From NCBI GenBank assembly GCA_030141605.1, contig JAQGDQ010000001.1:1488001-1552000 (forward strand): a stretch of 64,000 bases of DNA, read 5' to 3'. The position numbers and the translations under genes are program-made. The notes under the pieces were generated by a model that worked only from the letters and a program-made list of their open reading frames with translations, searched no databases and was not told where the DNA came from. Every line of letters begins with the position of its first letter. The stretch's first letter is position 1. Source of the stretch: Tubiluchus corallicola. Taxonomy: Eukaryota > Animalia > Priapulida. Positions 25,210 to 38,310 of this stretch are shown here, piece by piece.

Positions 25210-27095
25210 GGAAGGTATAGTTTCGCGACTAAAGAATGTTTATATAAGATAGAATTTTCAGTACCTGTGTCACAAAAAAGAAAGACGGGTCACTGTATAA
25301 ACAAATCACATTCCGCTTGTCGTCGCAAGAAAAAACTTATAGTCACAATTGCAAAATAAGAATCAATCTAATTCTTAATTACTTAGAATGGCGACCAAAC
25401 ATTCTTGGTGGAACATAATGAAATACATACATACGCAAACATACACAGATACATCGACACATATATCAAATGGAAAGGAACGGTAGAAACACACCCATAA
25501 AAGCAGTGATAAATAGCGAAAATGATATTATAAGGAAAAAGGCAAGAAACCAAAAGACACGGATTAAAACATGACTGTAAATTCCGTCAGCATCCCAACA
25601 CATTTTATCGCGCAATCAACACTAAAATCATCATACGTACTAACGTAAAGCACTAGCCACGTCACTCAACACTGCCCGCCATACAAGCATATACTATTAA
25701 CTACAGGTAATCTATAGGTGCAACACATGTTTTCATTGAGTCATCGGGGTAACAGCTGTGAAAGACAACAGATCCAGTAAGAAGCACGACAATTTAAAAG
25801 GCAATCGATAGTTCTAGGTAAAAATTAGTTTTCCAGCGCTGATGTGCAAACTTATAGCAAATGCATTAGAAGATGACAAAAGCGAAACAGCGAAATCACA
25901 TACAAAAAGACTGTGTAAATCCAAGAAACTCATGCTAGGGAACAAAAATAACTCGTCATTAACAAAATTTCTTGACGACGGTATAGAACTACAATAATAA
26001 GGTAACAGAACGCCTTGTAGGCACATGTGTTCAAATGACTTAAATTGGTTGGAGCTATACACATGTATCACAAAAACAAATAGAACAGTGAAATACAACT
26101 AATTCAGCCATAAAAATTAACGAGCTTTTGCCAGTCAGATATTACAGCACAATCACAACGAAATCACAGCTGTTAAGATAAGAAAGGATAAAATGCTGAA
26201 ACAATTCCGCGCTCCAAAATGTCAAAAAGACAAAACTGCTGCGTAAAATTCAGGTTTTTACAAAGTTATGCGCAGTATCACAAACGGATATGAATTGACC
26301 AAGCGACATAGGATCGCAACGTGATAAACTACACGACAATTAACTGAAAAAATAATATCCATTAATCAATATTGGTTATATCTTTGCTTACCTATACAGC
26401 CCTTTAAATTTTGCTTTGGAATGTGTATTAGGTCCGAGAACAAGTTTATATCCTGATACTCTAACAAATAGTATCACAGACACCGCCGAGACAGAGCAGC
26501 ATGTAGACCTTTCCTACTCGCAAAGGCAATACACTGATTAAGGGATGCAAATATCGTCCTCCTCTTATCCTAGTCATCCAGATCCTTTAGCTCATCGCCA
26601 AACACAGACTATTGTGCAACCGAGAACTTAGACAATTCACTTCAGTATTTATCTGGATGTGTGCTGGTAAAAGATAGGCAGAGGATTTAGCAAGAAGCTT
26701 TTAATCAAGAACGCATCACATTTATTGTAAATGATGATGAAAGAAACTGGCAAGCACATTCTATAAAAGGGCGGGTATCTAGAAACTAGATGATGTTTTT
26801 GATTATCTAACCCTCATCATAATGAAAAGGGAAACAAAAATGGTCTAAACAAGAGAGACATACCCCTTAAAGCAACTTACAATGGCAATACAAACCATAT
26901 AGCACCCACTGTGCAATTCAAATAATGTTATATATTGTTTTACAGGTGTCCAATGGTAACTCAAACTGTTACCTTTTTATCCAATGATTAGCTTTTTAGC
27001 ACTGTTTTTCTGAATTAGTCAGTCATGCAACCAGTAATTCAGTCACTTGTTCGTTCATTCACTCACTCGTTAGTTGATTGCTGGATTGATCGATG

Positions 27096-27166
27096 GACTG
27101 ACTGACTGACTGACTGACTGACTGACTGACTGACTGACTGACTGACTGACTGACTGACTGACTGAC

Positions 27167-27213
<47 letters not shown>

Positions 27214-27260
27214 CCGACCGACCGACCGACCGACCGACCGACTGACTGATTCATTCATTC
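27096..27260. repeat. Compound tetranucleotide repeat (GACT)n(GATT)n(GACC)n
   Basis: Directly visible. Confidence 0.97.
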
Positions 27261-28890
27261 AAATATTCATTCATTGATTCAGCTTCATTATAACTGAGCT
27301 AGTGAAATGGGTTCTAATTCAGAATATCATCAGTATTTATTCAAGTGATGCTTAACAATGTGCGAGTTCGACCGAAATAGAATAATATTGACGCTTAGTT
27401 ATCTCCAGTCTAGTTCTACCGAGTAATTTAACGAAGCCAAGTCACATTGAAGGCCTGAAAGTTTCGCGTGGCTTTTTGCTTAAACACGCTTTGTTTTTCT
27501 TCGTGCTTTACTGTGAACAAGAAGAAAAAGACTCAACAACCACAGTTATACCCACCAAATACACAGAAATAGGATAACATCGATACGTACAAACATTTAG
27601 AAAGTTTGAGAAGTGAAGGAAGAAACTTGTTAAACGAAGCCCTGCTCATATCATACAAGAAAAGGGCGACGTAGAAGTAAAGAAAGAAATGTGCTCAAAT
27701 GGCTGTAGCAGTAAAAAGAGAAATAGAGAACAGCAAAGGATGGCGAAGAAGGAAATGTTGAAACAAACAGCGACAAAAAAAGACAGAGAGATAGACAAAT
27801 AGACAGCAGACCGAGAAGTGAAAGTAGAAGAGAGAAAAAGAGAGTCGTTTAAAAAGGCTTAAGGAACTAAGGAAATTCATACCAGAGAAAACTAATATAA
27901 AAAAGGCGGGCATAACAGGGCCTACTAAAATAAGGGCCTACTAAAATGTAGCAAACAGGGCAGTGAAGAATCTTTTCCATCGGGTGCTTGATATAGATAT
28001 TTAATAAAACCTGTAGTAACTTTTGGTTATTTGCAATCACAGACTGCAGTGTTTACAAAACCTGTCATTGTAGAACTTAAACGCATCTAATCCATTCATT
28101 TAAGTTTCAACTCGACCATACAATCAATGAACTGCCTCGTCGCATTGATCCCTAGTACAGTAATTTTCCTAGGTTTTATCCAAGAATATCCAATTTTCAG
28201 TTTGTATCCAGAATGAATAACAATAACAAATAGTAGATATCAAAACACGTGCTGTTGAATTATAGTATTCATACAACATAATTACATGTATATGCATCTC
28301 TAACTAATAACATAATTATCAGCGTTATATTTTTTTTAATTAACACTTTAACGGTTACTCCCTTTTCTAAGACTGGAAATCTGTTAACTTGAAATTCAAA
28401 ATAACTATGAAACTGGTTCCACAATAAAACCAATTATATTTGTGGCCGTCAGAGAATTGCGTTTTATCCTAGCTCAGCTTGCGTGGTTCGAAAGAACATT
28501 AAGTCTTGAAAAGGAAACCAAGACATTATGCTCAAAAAAGGGAATTATGGTAATTTGATTACGAATAATGTCGTTATTCCCTCGAGGGAACGATGGTGAG
28601 ATGTTTAACAAATTGATATCGTTCTAGTTATATATATATATTGAGGATTTAAAAACTCTATTATATAGATACAATTTTTATTTGCTATAAAATAAGTGCT
28701 TACATCAAAATTCCAAAGACTTTTGACTGAGCAATTACAGTATGGAGATTAAAATAAAACACACTGATATGCCTAAAATAGGTATTCTAGCCATTTCCAG
28801 GCTTTTGTGAAATTATAATTAGGTCTTAATGTACAAAAGTGCAATCTTGGTTATAAGCTTAATTAGAAAGAAATTTGAATATGTACTTAC

Positions 28891-28965
28891 TGAAGTAATT
28901 GGGTCCATCACGCCACCATCAACATTCGTCGCGATGGCCGCTGGTAAAACCAGTTGTCTGTACAT
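28891..28965 (-). CDS. Rbfox1: Candidate alternative first coding exon D, MYRQLVLPAAIATNVDGGVMDPITS
   Basis: 25 codons, phase-0 donor TCA|gtaagt; Inr-like TCAGT at 29051-29047. Confidence 0.68.
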
Positions 28966-31900
28966 TAAGCACTGTCGTTGATTTTCTACAAGTCTAATGT
29001 CTCTACTTGATTAATTGAGGAAAAAACTACATAATAACTCAGAGCTACTGATTCAACAAACCGAGCGTCCAGCCATGCCTGTATGAAGAAAACTAAGCCG
29101 CTATGAAGGCGAGTGATGTTTTGGTAATTTTAACACTCACCAACATGGATGTGTTACTTGTGGTTGCAGTTGACTTTTGCGCCAGGCCAAATAGCACGAG
29201 ACTACATCAACTGTAAGCTATCCTTGCTAAAGAAGTAGATCAACATCCATGCAGAGTGGTTTCAGAAGATCTTGTGTCGTAATTAGATACTATTGCAACA
29301 ACAACTGCTTCGAAAAGTTCCAGAACGACTTCGTGAAGGGCAAGTAACCCAAATGGTTTAGCAGTAACCGAATCTTGCTCACTAGGGGAGAACATCATCG
29401 TTAGACAAAAACTATGTCATGCCACATGGAATAGCATGCAAGGGAAGCCAAAGTAATTGAATTCGTTCCAATAAATTTATAAAAATTGGAGTTGAGATTA
29501 AAAAGCAAATTATAATTTTCGGTTTTTCCTGATGAATATCAGGAAGCATTTAAATTTTAACATAGCTAATTATTTTGGTTTCGAGTTAATATTAACATAT
29601 ATAGTTTTTTAACACTTGGGGCCACCTGGTCAAGACAGAAGTCCACGGGTAAGCTAATGATTTTTGTCATTTCTCGAAGAGGTGGTCAACTCTTTTTGTT
29701 GAAGACTGAAACAATAACCATAACCATACTGTTTTTTACCAAACTACCAACAAAAAATAATGTAAACATCCATTACACTGCAAAATTATTAGACAATTAG
29801 ACCATTACAAGGTGTTTTCGAGCGTTTTTCTTAATAATAATTACATTACATGTAAAGTATTTCACCTCAGATTGTCTTTGCCTTTGTAACTTATGACAGA
29901 TTAAATATCGTTGCACGAATATGCATAGCTAAAAATAAATGAATGCTCTTAATTTAAAAGAGCAGGAATTATTGCACAAGAGTGTACAGAAGACAATTAA
30001 CAGAGGCTCATTTTAAAGAAGTCTACCACAAGTACAATTATTGTGCCAGCAAGCTGAACCCTTAGTTCCACTGTGCCATACACAGATCTCTAGAGCCACC
30101 GATTAAGCCACGAAGCCTTGCTGTATACATCCTCTCGGGATATGTTTGATTAAGGATTATTCAATATTTGACATTCATAAGAGAGTCGTCTAGTAATGAT
30201 GCGCAAACACGCTGAACCAAACCAGGGGAAGGCGCTGAATACGGTCTGGGATTTGTGGCATTCATTATTCCAGTCGATTTCTCAATCTGATTCTATAGAA
30301 CTCCGTGATGTTGTGAGGTGAAATTATGTTTACACCTGGGATAAAGGTCTTCATTATAAAGCAATGATATCGCTGACGGCTGAATCTCGCTCTCTAAATT
30401 GTGCATTCATATAAACACTGCAAGCCTTTGCGGGCATAGGGTTAAAACGGAAATTAAACTAACTAAATTGGAATAATGTTAATTGAGAAGATTCTGAAGC
30501 AACTCGTGAAACAACGACATTGTACAATCTGTTGCTCAGTAATTCTTATTTTAATGATTTAAAAAATGTTATACTCATATTACATTCAGGCACTGTTTTA
30601 GTATTATTTATAATATTAGTTATAACTTTAAATTTTTTTAATGTACATAGTTTAATGCAAATAAGAACTTTATAAAAATATAGCCTTCTAGTTATCCTTT
30701 TTTAATCTTTGCAAGTTCCAATAATTTTTTTAGTGTCATTAAATTCAATTGTATCAGTATAAGTGTGCACGTCTTTTATGGCTTAAGATTACGTCTTTGA
30801 GCTGAATTAGAAAACAAAATAAATATTAGTTTCATTTTGCCACTTAACTTGTCTAAAGTTGAGAACCCGAATATATAAAATTTTTAAAAGTGTAAAATTC
30901 CTTTATAATAGAATATTCAATAATTTCTTTAAAATTGATTATTTTGTCCAACTGAAGCGGCATAATTATTCACTGACTGCACTGCCCAATTTGTATTTGC
31001 GCAGCAAAGCATATACAATTATGGTTAGCTTTAAGTTCTTTAAATTCTTCAAGATTTGTTCAAAAAACAAGATCGATAAAAGCGTTCCAGCAAAACAAGT
31101 TGTTAGATGTGCTCAGTACATAACCCGAAAACTGATGCATATTTGTACTAAGTTATTATAAAGTTATGATCAATAAAGCAATAGCTGAGCGTGAAAATGA
31201 AAAAGGCTATTACTGTTCAAGCCGAAGAGCATTTTCGACACTAGACGATATTAAACTTTCATAGGTATAGCATGGATTTTATCGGGCTGGCTTAGCATGG
31301 GTTCTCAGGATATGAAACAAGAAAATTCTTTGGACAGCGGATGAATGCGAAATAGTGCTTCAACCACCATTCAATTTGACTACTTTGAGCAAAGAGATAC
31401 AACAAAAGCCCTTGATCGGCAAAATAGTTCTGCAATAAATTATTGTAATGAAGCGACTAATTGCATGCCTGCGCCCGCCCCAGCCACATCGGCCAAATCA
31501 ACCATGCATCATTTGAAAGCAAGCAGTGCCCTCTATATTCCTGCAGACAGGATTTGCTTGCGAGAAAGGAGAAGCCATGGTAGTTAAGGCAGCATTAGCA
31601 AATTGCGCTCGATCTGCTTTATTCTGGCCACTGTATTACGAAAACGATGAGAACATTAATTCTATGTATATTTACATTGGTGTATACACCCATTATTTCG
31701 AATAGTAGACCTAATTACTAACACAGTAGCTTTTGTATTAAAAAATAAATACAAATCGGGAGTTCCCACAATGCTTTTAAAATTGCTCAAGTAACCTGAA
31801 TTTTCTTTACACCATTTTAATTAAAACGTTTTGTAGTGCCTTGTGTTTTTTTATATTCGAGTTAAGTGTTCATAACTAAACTGGCACAATGCGGCTCAAC

Positions 31901-32600
31901 GCTGCGCTTGATTGAAAATGCTTTTAAAAAAGTACAGACATTAATGAAGAATATACAAGATTTTCTTTCAGCCATTTTCTTTGAAGGTATTCTTTTTTCT
32001 TTCAAGCTAGTTTAGTAAATTCGGAACGAATATTTTTTTATTATTTTTTGTTTTTTTTTCATGAGAAACCCTCTTTTTTAACGTATGGATTGCATTTTTC
32101 CACCTGCTTTGTTTCATTCATTTATATTACATAGTATATATGAAACAACATAGGATCATTGGATCAATTATCAACAGTGATCTATTATTTATTCTTTCTA
32201 CTGTGCGAGTCCCTCTACCTTGTTCAACTGCCAATTACTCAGTAGAATCTGTCTGGGTTTTCTTCGTAAATTTTATATCTCAATTCACCGGAGAGTGTCC
32301 ACCAAAGGTTTTGCGACTGCTTCGCCGAGAATAACAGAAAGTTCGCAACAAATGTTCGAAGAAACCCTCAAAGTCATCAAACAAGCGAGCAAATAGAACG
32401 TCTGTTATAACAGTGCAACCCGCAGCTTTTCAGTCCTAGAAAGCGCCAGGAGAATGATTAAACGTGACAACTTACAACTTTTTCTATATAACTAATATAT
32501 CCTTAAGCTACAGAATTTTAACTTTTTCCATATTTTTCTTGTAAAGATTGATCAGTACTGATAGCACTACTGTAGCGGAAACATATATATACATATAGTC

Positions 32601-32602
<2 letters not shown>

Positions 32603-32677
<75 letters not shown>

Positions 32678-32730
32678 GCGTGTGTGTGTGTGTGCGTGCG
32701 TGCGTACACGGATATATATATATATATATA
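32603..32730. repeat. (TG)n followed by (TA)n microsatellite
   Basis: Directly visible. Confidence 0.97.
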
Positions 32731-34792
32731 CTACTTAGAAAAGAAAATATCAGTCATTTCAAATGAGTTATTTCGTTGAAAATTCTTGGAGAAAACTGTT
32801 TTCGCGGCAAGAATCTTTTATCTTACAGCAAATATTAACAAAAGACGCGACAAAAGAACAAGATTCAGGTCTGGAAATCCGTTGGCAGGGGAGATCGCTT
32901 AGGTCATCATCTTAGTGTGAACGAGCGAATTTGCACAATCATAAAAAGTTTGGTTGTACGCGGTAGCTAATTCTTTGGAGATGCTAAATGGCTCTACTGG
33001 CAGCACACGTCTCATTACAGCTGGTTTTTTGGTTTACATGGTCGGCGCCAATCATTATAGAACAATATCTTAAGGATTCCAGCATTTAGTGGCAGGGCCT
33101 AATATTAATGTTAATGGTTAAAAGGGACCGGAACCTTATTACATTATCAGGATTAATCTTCTAAGATGAGACACTTCATGAAGCAGCAGAAGTGAAATTA
33201 TTTTACTAGCAGTTTACTCAGTAATATGACTCAGTTGAACAATACCAAAGTATGGTTGGGTATAGTTTTTAGCAGATGTTTACTTTCTGATAAGATAAAC
33301 ATCACGTAACGGGTGTCCCTCCCCAGTAGAAATCCCTCCCGACTCACGCAATCGCTGCTGCCGTGCATTAACACTTTTTCATCACTGGCAATTGATACTG
33401 TTTAGGAGAAACGTAAACACTCTACAACAAGGTTTTCGAAAATTATTGGCGATGTCGTGACGCTTGTCATTTAACGTCACGATTATTCTTTTTTAATTGT
33501 ACTTTCGCCCTTGCAAATAATTTGAAATAATCCCTGGTTCGTTTGTCCCATTTTACATTTACATTTCGCCTCATTTCAAATTCCCTGTTTTACATATGTA
33601 TTTATACATTTGAACTAGAGATTTATTACATTGAATCCATGCTGTTTTTTTTTTGCATGGGACTTTGAAAGCTTGTTACTAGCCTGTACTTTTACCTATA
33701 AAGACTTGTATTACCTTGTATCTGGGAACATTTGTCTAGGCGAGAGGTACATGTTCCACTGACAGGTGCTTTTTCTCTTTATAATTATTCTTGTTTTTTG
33801 ATCATATTATTGCTTGAATAATGAATTGTCTTTATTTGACAAACTTAGCTTTAATCGTTACATCGTTTTTCTAGCCGCACTGTTAAATGGTTTGATTTGA
33901 CTTTGCAGAGAATGAATTAACTTGCTTTGAAGACCTGTGATATATGTTAAATGATAATTTATTTTCTCATTGGTTTATTTATTATTATTCCGTTTTCAGA
34001 GTTTATGGTTGAAATGTTAAACCATGTCATTGTCATTTATTTGTTCTTGTTTTTCTTTATATTTTCATAGTGTTACAGTGCCATTTACATACAAATCAGA
34101 CGTGCTTGGAACGAAAAAGAATCATGAAAACAAAACGGTTAAAAAATGTTTATTTCTTTTGCACAGGCCGAGTACCTCGGTTGTGAGGCGAGCTTTTCGA
34201 TTGTTGCTATCCCACCTTGTTAATTTTCGATCATCTTATAATTAAAGGAAACCAGTTCAAATCTAACAGTAAAAAAAAACAGACTTTAAACATTATAATT
34301 ATAGAAAATCGCCATAGGTGAAATTATAACGCCGCGCCGAGCAGAAAGGTGTTCGTTTAAACTGGAAGGTCTCTGATGAACAGTTGTTTTTTTAAGTTTT
34401 TTGTTTCGTTCTATGTAGAATATCATGTGACTTAGGATCAAAGTTTCACACAAAAGTTTTCAAGTACATAAACGACATTTTCAAACGCTTTGTAATTTCA
34501 ATAAATGCAAAATGCTTGACATAAAACAACATAATAAACGTGCAGAGTAACTGCATATAGGACTATAGGTTATATTACCGCAAAAACTTTGCTCTTGATG
34601 TCTGTTCACTCGAATTTGCCTCAGAAACATAAACTTTCAGCTTCAAACTCTCCGGAAATTAAATATCGAAATTATTAGAAACGAAAGGCAATTCTGATTT
34701 GATCATATTTTACTGTTTTAAGGCGATTCAGTTTGTCGTAAATCTGCACTTCTAACTTTTCTGGTTAATTATCCTCTCCTTTCGTTTTTCCT

Positions 34793-34885
34793 TCTCTCTC
34801 TCTCTCTCTCTCTCTTTTTCTTTTCTCTCCTGTCTGTCTCTGTGTGTCTCTGTCTGTGTGTCTGTCTCTCTCTCTCTCTTTTCTC

Positions 34886-34962
<77 letters not shown>

Positions 34963-34966
34963 CTCT

Positions 34967-35001
<35 letters not shown>
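34793..35001. repeat. (CT)n/(GTCT)n compound microsatellite
   Basis: Directly visible. Confidence 0.97.
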
Positions 35002-35005
<4 letters not shown>

Positions 35006-36576
35006 ATTCCACTCTTTCAAGGGCCATTCATACAAAAACAACTGCGTCGCATCTGGGCCTCTTCGCGTCATAGTAATGAATTCATCATAATTCATTATAA
35101 ATAATGATAACTCCTGTTGTGGTTTCACGAGGGATACAAGTTCCTTGCGCCACCACATTTGCGAACGCTCAATTTCCGTACAAGTGTTCAGCCTCTTGAG
35201 CAGAATTAAACCAAAATTCGCAAATGTCGGAGCACGGCAATCAGCTAGGCGCATTTGATGGGGCTAATGGAGAGAAATCGAGGATATAATGACTTACTGT
35301 GTCATTGCTCTATGTGCAGGAAGATAATAAGTTTAATGTCGTCTGACGAAGCCTACAGCAGCCTGCAGCTTAGAACTGCTTGCCTCCCTCGACAATCAAT
35401 GTAAATGAGATGAGATGAATGGAGAAATAATGGCTGCTGTACAAATAAACATCACTTTTCAATGAAAAGTATATTGTACTTGGTCTTTTGATGGAAAATA
35501 CTTTGAAGCGTAATTTCCTTTGATCATTTTGGCTTTACTTTCTCTGTTTTAGAGATCACTGCTTCATATTCTGTTTTGCCTCGACAAGTCATTTTCTTTT
35601 TTTTCTTACGTTCCCCATTTTTAACGTATCTTGTACGTAGCTATGCTTTTTACTTTTTGTTATATTTTTCTGAGTTTTTCTATATATATATATATATATA
35701 TATTATTCAGTATCATGTTTTTGCTGCTATTGGATATTGCCTAAACGTTTGAAGTTGAACTATTTTGATTTAACTTTAGTATCAGTTTGATTTTGATTTA
35801 AATAATCTTTGAAATTCATGTTTGAAAATAGGCTTTTCTGCGTTCGCATACATACTTTATATCAAATATGAACACATCACATCTAATACGAAATATTAAT
35901 TATATAATTAAATTTACAGTATACATATCGCATTCTCACAAAATAACAACTTCCGTGATCTACTGTCAATATCATGATAAATACATTTTCTATTACCGAA
36001 TAGAATTATCTTCAGAAATCCGATTACAAAGCTTTCAGCCTTCTGTCAGTCTAAAGGAAAATATCCTTCAATTGAATTTAGTATATCTTACTTTGCTGAG
36101 ACGGCTACATTACACACAAATAGTCCACGTCTTTAAAAAAAGAGCACAGACAAAGATCAATGGGATTTAAGAGTGGGATCTTGTCTTGAGCATAATGAAA
36201 ATCAAAAAAGATGAAGCCAGCACTGCCTATAGCGTTAAATCCAACGATGAGGACTGTGAATAGGCAGTATGGACTCGACATCTTGACTCAAGCTTCCTTC
36301 GTCTCTTTTATTGTGAATGCCTGGCATAACCGCAATAAACCACGACCAGATACGTTGTTATGTGTGAGTTTTGTGAAAGTGACCAAAGCCAGCTGCAGTG
36401 CGTGAATAGTCTTACTAAAACTGGTTCGTTTAAAGATTTCTTGTACAAAATCTTTACCCATGCGTATTACATTTGCAAATCTTACAAAATACTGTATTTA
36501 AATTTGATTTGATCTCAAAAAATATTAGTTTACTTTAGGGAATCTAAAATGTTAGACCATGCACTAATTTACTTAC

Positions 36577-36624
36577 TGCTTGAAGGTTACTATTAGAGAA
36601 CAACAAGAACTTGTGCAAGTTCAT
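36577..36624 (-). CDS. Rbfox1: Candidate alternative first coding exon E, MNLHKFLLFSNSNLQA
   Basis: 16 codons, phase-0 donor GCA|gtaagt; TGCATG at intron +14 to +19. Confidence 0.45.
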
Positions 36625-38034
36625 TACTATTAAATTTCACGCGTTTTATCTTTGGAGGCGCGCAATAAACCACACAGTCGTGGAGCACTTGAATGACTAT
36701 TCTCCACAACGACCAGCAAAAGATGAGCATCAGACAGGGAGACTAGAAGGCTTCGTCTCGCTAAGAAAAGCGTTAATTTTAAGGGAATTATACAGATCGA
36801 TCAGTTCCTTTGTAAGCGAGGTTAAATTTTAGTGCTTCATGAGAAAATTCTGAGGCGTGCCCATCTTTTTATTTTAAGTCACATTACAGTTAAGCATACG
36901 CGCAAGATGGGAGACTTAAAATTTACGTTGCATCTGGATATGTGGAGTTATGAGGATTTTCTGAGATCATATCGGGGAGGTAGTCACTGACAATACTCTA
37001 CGGGTGCAAGCTTTTTGTGGCTGTGTGACGGTTTACACTCGGCCGCATCTAACATGTACTCTGCCGGTAGGGCATTTTCTGCCTTATATAATTGGGATTG
37101 TTGGACGCAAATCAATGTATTATATTACGCTTGAATGTGCGCGTGCGTGCGTTGTGCACGCGAGTGTGAATTAGAAATGATACCTGTCTGAGTTTACAAT
37201 AAACAATCACAATCAAGAAAACGTGGCAAAATGTGAGGTTCTTCCAAATGTATATACATTAGCAACAGTAAGCAATGTTCTAGAGTTGGCTGAACGGCTT
37301 CAGTACACTGCAAAATGAGGCAGGTGTAATTACCATCAATATTCCAAATAAAAACCTAAAGCTTTTATGTTTACACCAAAGTAGCTTATTAAATTCTATT
37401 AATCAAAGAAATGTACAAGAAGAATGTAGAGAAATCTCCACCGTACTTGATGATCTTTTGGTAACCATGAACCATTGATGAACCATTGGGGACTTTTGCG
37501 TGTTGGCATAACATGTGGGGATAGCTTTCGTATTGCGAGTGCTTAAAAGTTAAACTGTCAAACATTTTTGAATATAAGTTCTTCTGCCTAGCTCATTTTT
37601 TAAAACTGCAACTGCACAATACACACTCGTCAGCATAATATCGAATACATGTCTACTTTTAATTACAGATTAGGCCTACTATGAATCCTTCTTCATTGTT
37701 AAACCTGCCTTAATATCAGTTTCTACTTTTTCAGCAAATAAACCCCGGGCTCGCGCAGTATTACTGCCTTCAATTCCATTTAGAAATTGGCAAGAGTCTA
37801 ATTGAGAAATTTTGTAGTTTATTGGCACCTGCTAGACCGATTTAATGAGGCTAATCACCTCCTTGGAAAGTACTGTAATACTGGGTTTTCGTTAATCAAC
37901 TCATAAACCAATCAACTGCACCTCAGAGTAACATGGTATTTCATATGGTCAGATAATAAAAGAACAACAAAACAGATTTTGTACATGATATGTACTTGAA
38001 AGCAATTGCAAACTATCAGATCTTAACAACTTAC

Positions 38035-38052
38035 CATTGGTATGGCCAACAT
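38035..38052 (-). CDS. Rbfox1: Candidate alternative first coding exon F, MLAIPM
   Basis: ATG TTG GCC ATA CCA ATG|gtaagt, a strong phase-0 donor; promoter-like elements lie ~170-220 nt upstream. Confidence 0.6.
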
Positions 38053-38220
38053 AATTTCGGTTATAGTGCTTCGTTTTCGGTTTGTAGTCTTGCCTTTCTG
38101 GCTTTTAAGCGTTCAATAATAAACACAGTAAATCAATTTTGGATACAATCGCTTGACATGATCAGCACAATAGTTGTGGATTAAGCGTCAGAAGTCAAGT
38201 AAGTCATGCGTGACATCGAT

Positions 38221-38310
38221 ACTGATGAGAGAGATGTGTAAGCATGGAAACCGCATCAGTGAGCGTAGCAGCCAATCACAGCGCCTTAGTTGATGGCGCC
38301 GGCGCGGATG
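38221..38310 (-). promoter_or_regulatory. Putative promoter for exon F
   Basis: Inr-like TCAGT at 38225-38221, CCAAT box (AGCCAATCA; CCAAT at 38272-38276) and an adjacent CpG-rich patch. Confidence 0.4.

Noticed and set aside
26881-26898. MVCIAI|gtaagt phase-0 mini first exon
   Set aside because: Weak exonic donor context (ATT|) and no supporting signals; worth rechecking only with transcript data.
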